Positions 20,851-30,481 of a DNA stretch of 64,000 nt are shown piece by piece. The stretch covers positions 66,381 to 130,380 of the forward strand of contig JBAZSG010000001.1 in NCBI GenBank assembly GCA_041662585.1, in the 5' to 3' direction. Under the pieces are notes generated by a model. That model was not told where the DNA came from. It was given only the letters and a program-made list of their open reading frames with translations, and did no database searches. This DNA comes from Patescibacteria group bacterium. GTDB taxonomy: Bacteria; Patescibacteriota; Patescibacteriia; UBA1558; GWA2-36-10. The translations under genes were made by a program, and so were the position numbers. Positions within the stretch are counted from its first letter, which is position 1; every line of letters starts with the position of its first letter.

Positions 20851-21456
20851 TTATCTCTTAATTACTCTTTTTTTAGTTGGCTTTTTCTTAATACTCTTCT
20901 TACTTGTCTTTTTTTTCTTATTTACTTTCTTTTTAACGCTTGCTTGTTTTTTGATTTTTTTCTTTATTCCAAAAGTATCTATAAGTGCATTTTCCAAACT
21001 AATAAAATCTTTGACTGCCATTTCTACTGAATGATTAAAACTATCTGAAGAAAAAACCGCTGTTTTTATATTGGCTATTTTTTTGTCTATTATCACTGGC
21101 AATTTATATAAAGAACCAAAAGCAGCTATAGAATCATTTTTGACTTTTAATACTTCCCTAGCCAATTTTTCACCTGGAATTTTGATAAGCTTGATTTGTT
21201 TCTGTTGAGCTTTGCTCAAAACTTTTTTTAGCTTCTCCATATCAAGATTTTGATCAGCTGGTAATAAAACCATATAATAATCCTTATCTGCTTTTACCAA
21301 AAGTGACTTAGCAATTTCTTCCATTTTCTTTTTCATGGTATTAGCTGCATCAATAGCAGTATAAATAGTCTTGTGTTCTAACAAGTCATGTTTTATACCG
21401 GCCTTCTCTAAATATTTAATAGTTTTAACTGGTAGCTTTCTTTTTTTGACTGACAT
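20851..21456 (-). CDS. YbaK/ProX-type aminoacyl-tRNA deacylase domain protein with a Lys-rich C-terminal tail
   Basis: YbaK-like core (LLPADQ...IKIPGEKLA...IAAFG) followed by a K-rich tail of about 40 aa. Confidence 0.6.
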   Translation of the reverse strand: MSVKKRKLPVKTIKYLEKAGIKHDLLEHKTIYTAIDAANTMKKKMEEIAKSLLVKADKDYYMVLLPADQNLDMEKLKKVLSKAQQKQIKLIKIPGEKLAREVLKVKNDSIAAFGSLYKLPVIIDKKIANIKTAVFSSDSFNHSVEMAVKDFISLENALIDTFGIKKKIKKQASVKKKVNKKKKTSKKSIKKKPTKKRVIKR

Positions 21457-21504
21457 ATATTTTTATTAAAATCAATATTTATATCCAAATTATAGCATTT
21501 TTAA

Positions 21505-21545
21505 TACAAAAATAAAAACACCTTGTTAGGTGTTTTTATTTTATA
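21505..21545. terminator. Bidirectional intrinsic terminator after copA
   Basis: aaaacacc-ttgtta-ggtgtttt hairpin with A/T runs on both sides. Confidence 0.6.
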
Positions 21546-21553
21546 CTGATTGG

Positions 21554-23716
21554 CTACAATTTAATACGCCTAATTCTAAGACTATTGGTTACAACTGAAA
21601 CACTAGAAAAGCTCATTGCAGCAGCTGCAATCATTGGATTTAAAAATCCAAAAGCCGCCAATGGTATAGCAATTACATTGTAAGCAAAGGCCCAAAATAA
21701 ATTTTGCTTAATAGTGGTAAATGTTTTTTTTGATAAAGCAATCGCTGAAATAACTTTGCGTGGATCGCTATTCATCAGCACTATATTACCACTTTCCATA
21801 GCAATATCAGTGCCCCCACCAATAGCAATACCCAAATCTGCCAATGTCAAAGCTGGAGCATCATTTATACCATCCCCTACAAAAGCCACTATCTTGCCTT
21901 TTTCTTTAAGTTTTCGGATATGCTCTACTTTTTGATCTGGCAACACCTCAGCTATTACTTTTTTTATACCCAATTCTCTAGCAATAGCCTGAGCTGTCAA
22001 TTTGTGATCACCAGTCAACATATATACTTCACTTATTTTTTGAAGTTGGGCTATAGCCTCTTTAGAGGAAGACCTGATAACATCGGCAACTGCTATGACA
22101 CCCATTACTTTTTTATCTTTTATAAAATAAATGGGCGTTTTGGCTTCACTAGCATATTTTTCAAAAGCAACTTTGTAATTTGCACTCTCTACTACTTGCA
22201 AATCTTTTAATAATTCCCTATTACCGAGATACATTTCTTGATTGTCAATCAAGCCTTTGATACCCTTGCCTTTTATCGCTTCTACTTTGGTGGCATTCTT
22301 TAATGCTAAATTATTATCTTTAGCATACTTTATAAAAGCATTGGCCAAAGAATGCTCGCTGCTAGCCTCCAAAGAGCAAGCCAGGATCATAAGCTGTTTA
22401 GATGATAATGTATCATCAAGAGTATTGATATCAGTTATAGCTGGCTTTCCTTCAGTCAAAGTGCCAGTTTTATCAAAAACCACTACATTTACTTTATGAG
22501 CTATTTCTAAACTTTGAGAATCCTTGATAAGAATACCATTGGCTGCTCCCTTACCAGATCCCACCATAATAGCTGTCGGCGTAGCAAGACCCAAGGCACA
22601 AGGACAGGCTATTACTATCACTGCTACTGCATTGATAAGACTGAGCTCAAAGCCAACTCCCAATAACCAATACCAAATCGCAAAAGTAATAATAGCTATA
22701 CCAATAGCTGCTGGCACAAAAATACTAGATACTTTATCAGCCAATTTTTGTATTGGAGCTTTTGATGCTTGAGCATCTTCTACCAGTTTGATTATCTGAG
22801 CCAAAACTGTGTCTTCTCCTATCTTATTAACTTTTACTTTTATGACACCTTGATTGTTGATAGTTGCTCCATAAACCAAGCTACCCTGTTTTTTGTCTAC
22901 TGGAATACTTTCACCAGTCAACATTGATTCATCAACAGAGGTCTCGCCTTCTACTATCTCACCATCTAAAGGAATTTTTTCACCCGGCTTGACCAATACT
23001 ATATCACCCAGCTTGATGTCTTTGATATCTTTTTTTTGTTCTTGATTGTCAATCAATATAGTAGCTTGTTTTACTCCCAAAGATAACAATTGTTTGATGG
23101 CTGTAGAAGCTCTGCCTTTACTTTTTTCTTCTAAATATTTACCCAGTAATATCAAAGTAATAATCACTGCCGCTGTTTCAAAATAAACATGAGTATCAAT
23201 GAACATTGCGTACAAACTATAAAAATAAGCTGCTAGTGTACCGATTGAAATCAGTGTATCCATATTTGATTTGAATTGCTTGAGTTGCAAAATCATACCC
23301 TTGTGAAACTGCCAACCAATCACAAAAACTACTATAAATGCCAAATCATGCATTATCCAGGTTTCCAAACTAACATCAAAAAAATTAATACCAAAGTTTG
23401 GTTTATAAAACATGGTCACAAGCAAAGGCAAAGTGAGGATAAGTGCCCAAACAAACTTACGATAAGATTTTTGAGTCAACTTCAAATCTGCTGTTTGATC
23501 GCTATCATCTATTACCTTATAATCACCTGCTTTGGAAATTACTGCTTCTATTTCACTTCTACTTATTTTTTGACTATCAAACTCTACTTTGGCTTGATTA
23601 TTGGCATAGTTTACACTAGCACTTTTTATACCTGGACTTTTTTTTATAGTCTTTTCAATATTTAAAGCACAAGAAGCGCAATGCATACCTGCTATTTTTA
23701 AATTTATATTTTCCAT
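21554..23716 (-). CDS. copA: Copper-translocating P1B-type ATPase
   Basis: N-terminal HMA (GMHCASC), CPC motif, [15 protein letters not shown]. Confidence 0.95.
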   Translation of the reverse strand: MENINLKIAGMHCASCALNIEKTIKKSPGIKSASVNYANNQAKVEFDSQKISRSEIEAVISKAGDYKVIDDSDQTADLKLTQKSYRKFVWALILTLPLLVTMFYKPNFGINFFDVSLETWIMHDLAFIVVFVIGWQFHKGMILQLKQFKSNMDTLISIGTLAAYFYSLYAMFIDTHVYFETAAVIITLILLGKYLEEKSKGRASTAIKQLLSLGVKQATILIDNQEQKKDIKDIKLGDIVLVKPGEKIPLDGEIVEGETSVDESMLTGESIPVDKKQGSLVYGATINNQGVIKVKVNKIGEDTVLAQIIKLVEDAQASKAPIQKLADKVSSIFVPAAIGIAIITFAIWYWLLGVGFELSLINAVAVIVIACPCALGLATPTAIMVGSGKGAANGILIKDSQSLEIAHKVNVVVFDKTGTLTEGKPAITDINTLDDTLSSKQLMILACSLEASSEHSLANAFIKYAKDNNLALKNATKVEAIKGKGIKGLIDNQEMYLGNRELLKDLQVVESANYKVAFEKYASEAKTPIYFIKDKKVMGVIAVADVIRSSSKEAIAQLQKISEVYMLTGDHKLTAQAIARELGIKKVIAEVLPDQKVEHIRKLKEKGKIVAFVGDGINDAPALTLADLGIAIGGGTDIAMESGNIVLMNSDPRKVISAIALSKKTFTTIKQNLFWAFAYNVIAIPLAAFGFLNPMIAAAAMSFSSVSVVTNSLRIRRIKL

Positions 23717-23727
23717 ATATTTTTATA

Positions 23728-25062
23728 TTATTCTACAATAAATTTACCACGAACCATACCCATCCCACAAGAAAAATTAATAGTACCAGATTCTTGTGGA
23801 GTAAATTCTATTATATTTTCCCCACTATGAATATCTTCAGCAATACCCAAGTCTGGGACAATAATACTATTGGTACAACCAGATGCTTTGGTGCCATCAA
23901 TTATCCATTTAACAGGTACACTTTTTTTTAATTTAAAAGCACTAGGAGTATAGCCACTAGAATCAACAATCATTTTAATTTCTTGAGCGTTGGCAGAACC
24001 AACAATACTGCTTACTGCCTCTTGGCTAGACCAAAAATTTATATCAATACCTTGAATAGCTAATCCAGAAGACATAGTATAAAAAGCAAAAAATAATACT
24101 ACAAAGCCAATGGCTTTTTGTATTATCACTGTCTTCATATTTTTAAATTTAGTAGTAGCTACTCCCAATCCTAGTAACACTGGAGAAGTGCCTAGGGCAA
24201 AAAGAAATAAAGTAAGAGCTCCAGTCATAAAATCTCCAGAGGCCATAGCAAAAAGTTGCATGCTCTGAGTAAAGCCACAAGGTAAAAAGAAAGTAAAGGC
24301 TCCCAAAATAGTTGGTGCCATAGCATGTTCTGATTCTTGCAGTTTTTTCCAAGCACCCATACTACGCTTTGGCATTCGAATACCCAAAGTGGTAAGAGAT
24401 GGTACAAATCCCAAAATATTTAAAGCTAGCCACAATAAAACTAGGGCAATAAAAACCGTAAACCAACTCATAAATACATCTGAGATATTAAACCAAGAAC
24501 CTATCATCCCTAATATACCTCCTAGAATAAAAAAGGCTGCCAAACGTCCAAAGTGAAATAATAAGTGTGGCTTTAAATTGCGCTCATAAAAAGTACCTCG
24601 GGCTTGATATTTAGCAGCAAAAGACATAACCACTGCCCCCACTACTACTAAACAACTAGACAAAGAGGCTACAATACCAATAATAAAAGCTGCGCCATAA
24701 TTTATATCACTGATATCGGCTTGTATCCAGTCTAATAAACCTATCCATCTTAAATATCTATAAATAAGATACAACCCCAAAACCAATAACCCAGCATAAA
24801 ACCATTGCTCAGCTGATGCTTGTGGTTTTTTGTTTTTTATTGGTTCCAGAGAAGCTTGATAACCCAGCTCTTCTATTTTTCTAATTATTTCTTTGATGGG
24901 CAATTGTTCTCCATCATGGCCAAGCTCAGCTTTGCCATGCAAATGACTAATTTTTATATATTTAATACTCTCTATTTCTTCTAATGAGTCTTTGATTAAC
25001 ATCTCACAAGAAGTACAAGTCATGCCTGAAATATATATAGACTTACATTGTTTATTATTCAT
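23728..25062 (-). CDS. HMA-domain-fused polytopic permease (TauE/DsbD-like) with a C-terminal cupredoxin-like beta-sandwich
   Basis: N-terminal GMTCTSC HMA, about 8 TM segments with conserved Cys (SSCLVV, LPCGF), C-terminal Cys/Met-containing domain. Confidence 0.55.
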   Translation of the reverse strand: MNNKQCKSIYISGMTCTSCEMLIKDSLEEIESIKYIKISHLHGKAELGHDGEQLPIKEIIRKIEELGYQASLEPIKNKKPQASAEQWFYAGLLVLGLYLIYRYLRWIGLLDWIQADISDINYGAAFIIGIVASLSSCLVVVGAVVMSFAAKYQARGTFYERNLKPHLLFHFGRLAAFFILGGILGMIGSWFNISDVFMSWFTVFIALVLLWLALNILGFVPSLTTLGIRMPKRSMGAWKKLQESEHAMAPTILGAFTFFLPCGFTQSMQLFAMASGDFMTGALTLFLFALGTSPVLLGLGVATTKFKNMKTVIIQKAIGFVVLFFAFYTMSSGLAIQGIDINFWSSQEAVSSIVGSANAQEIKMIVDSSGYTPSAFKLKKSVPVKWIIDGTKASGCTNSIIVPDLGIAEDIHSGENIIEFTPQESGTINFSCGMGMVRGKFIVE

Positions 25063-25071
25063 TTTTTTAAA

Positions 25072-25620
25072 TTAATGATCAATTTTGCACAATAACGGAT
25101 TTTGAATTTTTTTGGCTATTAAATAAGTAGAAAACAAAAGCATAAATACTCCCAATATACCAAATTCTAAACCTCCAAAAGGTAAGATGCCAATAAAAGA
25201 TGTCGTAGCGGCCAAACCAAATATAGAGGATAAAACTAGTGACCCACAAGAAGCACAACCGACACCAAGAAATCCCAATATCATACCCATCAGGCCTACT
25301 CCTGTATTTTTTTCCAAACTTATTCTTCTCTTAACATAGAAAATCATCATTACAATATTTATAGCCGACAAAAAAGATAATATAATAACCAAGATTAGTG
25401 AGCTACTAGTGAAAGTACTCTGGGGGTCCCTTAGTAAAAACCAAAACATCTTTATTTTTATCAAGCCAGAAAAAGCTGCTAGCAATTGGTATCTAGCTAT
25501 TAAAAAACTAGCCAAAAAAAATGCCAAAGCTATAATAAAAAATAAAATAACATAACTTGGTTTTTTGAAAACATCTTTAAAAGATTTATTTATTTCTATT
25601 ATATTTTTATTTTCCCCCAT
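25072..25620 (-). CDS. Hypothetical polytopic membrane protein (GCASCGS motif)
   Basis: ORF with 4-5 predicted TM helices. Confidence 0.45.
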   Translation of the reverse strand: MGENKNIIEINKSFKDVFKKPSYVILFFIIALAFFLASFLIARYQLLAAFSGLIKIKMFWFLLRDPQSTFTSSSLILVIILSFLSAINIVMMIFYVKRRISLEKNTGVGLMGMILGFLGVGCASCGSLVLSSIFGLAATTSFIGILPFGGLEFGILGVFMLLFSTYLIAKKIQNPLLCKIDH

Positions 25621-25810
25621 AAAAATTTATTAAATTATTTAGTGATATTATATTTTTTTAAATCATAACATCCTAAACAAATATTATCAATCAATCTCAA
25701 CAAATCCTTTTTTAATAGCCATTTTTAGTGCAAATATATTTTTATATATATCAAAAAAACCTTAATCAATTATATTTATAATAATATAAAACTAAGGCTT
25801 AGATTATAAG

Positions 25811-26188
25811 CTAATAAATCTTTGGATGAAGAATTCCGTTGCTAAATAAAAAAGTAAATTTATAAAACAATTTGAAACCACCGTATCTATCTCGAAGTAA
25901 AAAATAATTGCTAAGTATGTCAAATTTAATATACAAAAATATAATAACAGCCAGTATAAAATTTATTCCCCATAAATTTATACCCACCTCAGATAACATA
26001 TATTGTAAATCATACCCTACATGTTCTGAAAAACTATAAGCGCCCATATTGCAACATTCCATAGCTGGCATTGTATTGTCATGGGTATTATTAAAATCTG
26101 AACTAGTAAAAAAACATCCCAAAACAAATAAATTTGCCAAAGCTATAAATAAAGAGAAAATTATTATTTTATTTTTTACCAATTTCAT
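25811..26188 (-). CDS. Hypothetical membrane protein
   Basis: Hydrophobic ORF with a signal-anchor. Confidence 0.35.
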   Translation of the reverse strand: MKLVKNKIIIFSLFIALANLFVLGCFFTSSDFNNTHDNTMPAMECCNMGAYSFSEHVGYDLQYMLSEVGINLWGINFILAVIIFLYIKFDILSNYFLLRDRYGGFKLFYKFTFLFSNGILHPKIY

Positions 26189-26282
26189 AAGTATCTATAT
26201 TATACCTTATATAATGCTTTTGTAAATAAAGCCAAAATATATGATATAATATAAGCAATAAAAAAATTAATCACAAAACAAA

Positions 26283-26771
26283 ATGAAAGATAAACTAAAA
26301 TATTCAAAAGGTCTGCTAAGAATAATATTGGGTTGGATATTTTTGTGGGCTTTTTGGGACAAGGTTTTTGGTCTAGGCTTTGCTACTGAAGCTGACAAAT
26401 CTTGGCTAAATGGTACCTCTCCTACTAGTGGGTTTTTAAAATTTTCTACTAGTGGTCCTTTTGCTGATATATTTCAGTCTATGGCTGGTAACCCACTAAT
26501 AGATTGGCTATTTATGTTGGGGTTATTGTTGTTGGGTTCGGCTTTGATACTTGGTATTGCCAGTAAGCTTACTACTATTGGTGGTTCTATTATGCTTGCT
26601 TTGATGTATTTGGCAGCTATACCACCAGAACATAACCCTTTGGTAGATGAACATATAATCTATATCTTGATCTTATTTGGTTTTTATATAGATGAGACTA
26701 ACCACAGTCTTGGTTTTGGTAAGAAATGGGAAAAATGTAAATTGGTCAAAAAATATCCTATTCTACAATAA
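26283..26771 (+). CDS. DoxX-family membrane protein
   Basis: LLRIILGWIFLWAFWDK DoxX signature. An extended -10 (tgatataat) lies upstream. Confidence 0.7.
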   Translation: MKDKLKYSKGLLRIILGWIFLWAFWDKVFGLGFATEADKSWLNGTSPTSGFLKFSTSGPFADIFQSMAGNPLIDWLFMLGLLLLGSALILGIASKLTTIGGSIMLALMYLAAIPPEHNPLVDEHIIYILILFGFYIDETNHSLGFGKKWEKCKLVKKYPILQ

Positions 26772-26812
26772 CTACCAAAAAACACCTCAGCTAGAGGTGT
26801 TTTTTGAAGGTT

Positions 26813-27256
26813 TTATTTTTCTAAATTGTTATTAGCAAACCCGTGTCTCATTCCAAAACCTTTGTGCATCCCCATGCCCATACCTAGTTCTGGTAGACCA
26901 AGCTCATCTTTTAATGTTTGAGCTGCCTCAAAATCACCTTCTTGCATATATTTATGCATTTGTACAAATTGGTCAAAATTATCTTGGTTGATAAAATCAG
27001 TAATTCTAGGAATACTATCAGTAGCTTCTTTCCAAGTATTATAGTCTCCGTTTTCTATAGCTGTTTGGATAGCATCATGATATTGTTCCATAGCTTGATG
27101 ATGTTCTTCCATGGTGGCTAGCCTTTCTGGATCTATATTTCTAGCTCCAGTGGATTGCCCATACAAACCATGAGCTGATGCGATGGAAGATACTACTAAA
27201 GTGGTAATAACCAAGCCCAAAAATCCACTCAGTAAATAAAACTTACTTTTCTTCAT
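26813..27256 (-). CDS. Secreted Met/His-rich protein (putative periplasmic metal-binding)
   Basis: Signal peptide, HH...HxxM pairs, C-terminal MGMGMHKGFGMRHG. Confidence 0.5.
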   Translation of the reverse strand: MKKSKFYLLSGFLGLVITTLVVSSIASAHGLYGQSTGARNIDPERLATMEEHHQAMEQYHDAIQTAIENGDYNTWKEATDSIPRITDFINQDNFDQFVQMHKYMQEGDFEAAQTLKDELGLPELGMGMGMHKGFGMRHGFANNNLEK

Positions 27257-27300
27257 AATTTATTGTTAGGTTTATTAGCTAAAAGCGATCGATCTGCTTT

Positions 27301-28071
27301 CTATCTATTAATACGAACCGGCAAAAAATTTCTTTCATCTATCATTCTATGAGGTGACTCATATCTTTCTTGTAGCCAATGCATACCACGCATTGGTAAA
27401 AGAATGTGCATTTCAAAATTTTGACTATCTAGCTTTTGACCAATAATGCGAATCGGCTGTCCAATCTTTAGATTTAAAAAATTGGGCGTAGTAGTATTAA
27501 AATGTTTGATCATCCAAATATTACCTTGCATATCTTCAATTTCTATATATTCATCTTCAATAGCCCTGACCACTCCCCCCAAAAGACCATCATCAACACG
27601 AGACCATATATGTTGTCTCCTATTGATCACTTCATTATAAAAAAATGCTCTCTGGGCTACTATATTATCTATTGCCTGAGCCATCCCAAAATTGTAAAAA
27701 AATGTGCCTAGCAATATATTGATACCCAAGCCAGCTAAAAATATTTTACTCAAAGAAAATCTATAACCATTTTTTGTATGTCTAAAATTATAATAAGTAA
27801 CTAAGATCAAAATCCCCAAAAACATCAACCAAAAATATGGTAAAGTCAAAAATATAAATTCTAATAAACTACCACTGATACGACTATATACATCCCAGTC
27901 ATTGTCTATCAACATATACAAAATAACTGAAAAAGCTAAACTACTAATAATCAATGAAATGCTAGCCAAACACCAAACTATATAGTTTTTAAGCAAAAAT
28001 TGCCAACGTGGTTTTGGTTTTGTATCTTTTATTTTATCCAATATTTCTTGGGTAATATTTGTTTCACTCAT
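27301..28071 (-). CDS. Membrane protein, putative anti-sigma factor
   Basis: Lies immediately downstream of the ECF sigma gene with a 4-nt gap. Multi-TM. Confidence 0.45.
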   Translation of the reverse strand: MSETNITQEILDKIKDTKPKPRWQFLLKNYIVWCLASISLIISSLAFSVILYMLIDNDWDVYSRISGSLLEFIFLTLPYFWLMFLGILILVTYYNFRHTKNGYRFSLSKIFLAGLGINILLGTFFYNFGMAQAIDNIVAQRAFFYNEVINRRQHIWSRVDDGLLGGVVRAIEDEYIEIEDMQGNIWMIKHFNTTTPNFLNLKIGQPIRIIGQKLDSQNFEMHILLPMRGMHWLQERYESPHRMIDERNFLPVRINR

Positions 28072-28075
28072 ATAT

Positions 28076-28657
28076 CTATAATTTAATATCTTGCTCTTCT
28101 ATTTTTTGTAAAAATTGCTTCTTGGCTCGGCTAATCAAAGTAGCGATGGTACCCATTGGTTTTTTCAAAATATCCGAGATTTCTTTGTATTCTTTTTCTT
28201 CCAAAAATTTTAAAACCAATACTTCTCTATACTTTAAATCCAAACTATCTAATACTTTATTAATATTAACTCGTAAATATTTATTATCTAGTTCTTTGCT
28301 AATATCTGCTCTACTTATTATATTGTTTAATATTGACTCACTATCATAGCTGATTTCTTGAGGTCTGACTTGTTTTTTACGATAATTATCAATAACTTCG
28401 TTGTGAGCAATACGATAAATCCAAGAAGAAAATTTGAGATCTTTATCAAAGCTATTTATATTTTGATAAGTTTTTATAAAGACTTCTTGTAAAACATCCT
28501 CAATATCTTCTTTGGCAAGACCAGCAATACGCTTTATATACCGACTAAGTTTTGCTTCATATCTTCTAATCAAATACAAAAAATTGTCTTGTTTTTCCAA
28601 GGTAAGTTTGACCAATTCTGCGTCTGACAAATTATCCCAATTATTAATATCTGGCAT
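28076..28657 (-). CDS. ECF (sigma-70 family) RNA polymerase sigma factor
   Basis: Region 2 (FIKTYQNINSF...WIYRIAHNEVIDNYRKK) and region 4 (YREVLVLKFLEEKEYKEIS). Confidence 0.88.
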   Translation of the reverse strand: MPDINNWDNLSDAELVKLTLEKQDNFLYLIRRYEAKLSRYIKRIAGLAKEDIEDVLQEVFIKTYQNINSFDKDLKFSSWIYRIAHNEVIDNYRKKQVRPQEISYDSESILNNIISRADISKELDNKYLRVNINKVLDSLDLKYREVLVLKFLEEKEYKEISDILKKPMGTIATLISRAKKQFLQKIEEQDIKL

Positions 28658-28770
28658 ATTAGCTATGTCTTAGGTATAATACGTATTAATAGCTCATTTA
28701 TTTCATTATAGCAAGTTTGATTTTTTACTCAAATAACATTAAAATTAGTACATTAAACTAAACAAAAACT

Positions 28771-29502
28771 ATGGCTTTAAAATTTAGAACACCTTTTATA
28801 AATATTGGTTTCAAAACCCCCACTATAGACGAACAAACTGCCTATGCTAAAACTAGGCAGGTTATTAATGGACCATATACTAGAATATATTTGATACGTC
28901 ATTGTCATCCAGATTATACTCTAAAAGAAACACTAGGAGATGAAAAAATGCCCTTGTCTGATATAGGTCTAAAACAAAGAAAAGTACTTTATAAAAAATT
29001 AAAACAAATAAACATAGAAAAAATATATATCTCCGAGTTTGTCAGAGCGAGAGAAACAGCTGAAGACTATGCCAAAAAACAAAACAAAAGAATATATGTT
29101 GATAAAAGACTAAATGAAATTGACTGGACAGAATGGTATAAAATAAAATATTTCCGTATGTCAGAAAAAACTCGTATAAAAAAAATAAAAGCCTACAAAC
29201 ATATGGATCTAGAAATGAATAAATTACAAGAAAAATCTAGACGTCTTCTAGCTGATATCTACAAAAAAAATAAAGGAAAAAGAGTAGGCCTGTTTTGTCA
29301 TGGAAATTTGATAAGATCCATAGTAACTAGCATTTTAAATACCGATGTCATTGGTTTTTTGTCTATGGAAATATATCAATCTTCTATTACAAAATTGGTA
29401 ATTGATCGCGATGGTTATATAAAAATAAATTATATCAATAATATCTGCCATCTACCTCACAAGCCCAATGAAGACTTATTTTTGGCCGCTCTCAATCAAT
29501 AA
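28771..29502 (+). CDS. Histidine phosphatase (phosphoglycerate mutase-like) family protein
   Basis: IRH...RARETAE motifs. Confidence 0.55.
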   Translation: MALKFRTPFINIGFKTPTIDEQTAYAKTRQVINGPYTRIYLIRHCHPDYTLKETLGDEKMPLSDIGLKQRKVLYKKLKQINIEKIYISEFVRARETAEDYAKKQNKRIYVDKRLNEIDWTEWYKIKYFRMSEKTRIKKIKAYKHMDLEMNKLQEKSRRLLADIYKKNKGKRVGLFCHGNLIRSIVTSILNTDVIGFLSMEIYQSSITKLVIDRDGYIKINYINNICHLPHKPNEDLFLAALNQ

Positions 29503-29552
29503 AAATAATAAAACTAAAAAACTCCCGTATCATATGCGAGAGTTTTTTAAAC

Positions 29553-30479
29553 TTAGTAATTATGATATTCTCTTAAAACTTCTTTCAAATCACTAGCTTT
29601 TACTTTGATAATTTTATTCGAATCTATATTATTTAACCTTACCTGAGCAGCTACTTCATCCAATATATCAATAGCCTTATCAGGAAAAGCCCTATCTTTT
29701 ATTTTGGCCGTACCCTCTACTATTTGTTTTATAATATCACTGCCAATAGATACTTTATGATAATCCTCATAGCCCTTCTTCAGTGCCTCTAACATTTTTA
29801 TAGTAGTATTTTTATCTGGCTCTTCCATCAAATAGCCTTCAAATCTTCTAGTTAAAGTTTTATCTGGTTCTATATATTTTTTATACTCCTCTACTGTAGT
29901 GGTGCCAATCATTTGTAATTCACCCCTAGCTAAAGGAGCTTTGATAATATCATCGGCGTCAATAGAACCTTCGGTTCCTCCAGCTTGGACTATGGTATGA
30001 ATTTCATCCATAAATACTATAATACGCTTATTCATAGCAATAACATTATCAATCAGCTCTTTAAACCTTTTTTCAAAATCTCCTCTATACTTAGTACCCG
30101 CCAATACTGATGAAATATCAATTTTTAAAATTACTTTATCTGCTAAATTTTTAGGAACCTTACCTTTAGCTATGGCTAGGGCCAAGCCTTCGGCTATAGC
30201 TGTTTTACCAATACCAGCTCTACCAAATATAATAATATTGTTTTTTCTACGTCTTGATAATACTTGTATAACTTTTCTGATTTCTTTATCTCGACCTACT
30301 ACCGGATCCAATTTTCCTTCTCTAGCCAAAGCAGTTAGGTCTAAAGAAAAATTGTTTATAAAATTGGCAGAACCAAGATTGTGTTCTGTTTTATTATGTT
30401 TATTTTTGCCACGTAACAAATAAAACGCGGCTAAAATCAATATTAATATACTTAGAGCTAGAGGATAATCTAAAATCAT
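29553..30479 (-). CDS. Membrane-anchored AAA+ ATPase resembling the ClpA/ClpB D1 module only
   Basis: N-terminal TM helix, then LTALAREGKLDPVVGRDKEIRKVIQVLSRRRKNN, a variant Walker A GRAGIGKT, and a Walker B IIVFMDEIH. There is no N-domain and no D2. Confidence 0.65.
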   Translation of the reverse strand: MILDYPLALSILILILAAFYLLRGKNKHNKTEHNLGSANFINNFSLDLTALAREGKLDPVVGRDKEIRKVIQVLSRRRKNNIIIFGRAGIGKTAIAEGLALAIAKGKVPKNLADKVILKIDISSVLAGTKYRGDFEKRFKELIDNVIAMNKRIIVFMDEIHTIVQAGGTEGSIDADDIIKAPLARGELQMIGTTTVEEYKKYIEPDKTLTRRFEGYLMEEPDKNTTIKMLEALKKGYEDYHKVSIGSDIIKQIVEGTAKIKDRAFPDKAIDILDEVAAQVRLNNIDSNKIIKVKASDLKEVLREYHNY

Positions 30480-30481
30480 AA

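Noticed and set aside
20821-21030. 69-aa plus-strand ORF overlapping the ybaK-like gene and its terminator
   Set aside because: Overlaps a better-supported gene and a terminator hairpin. Low-complexity.
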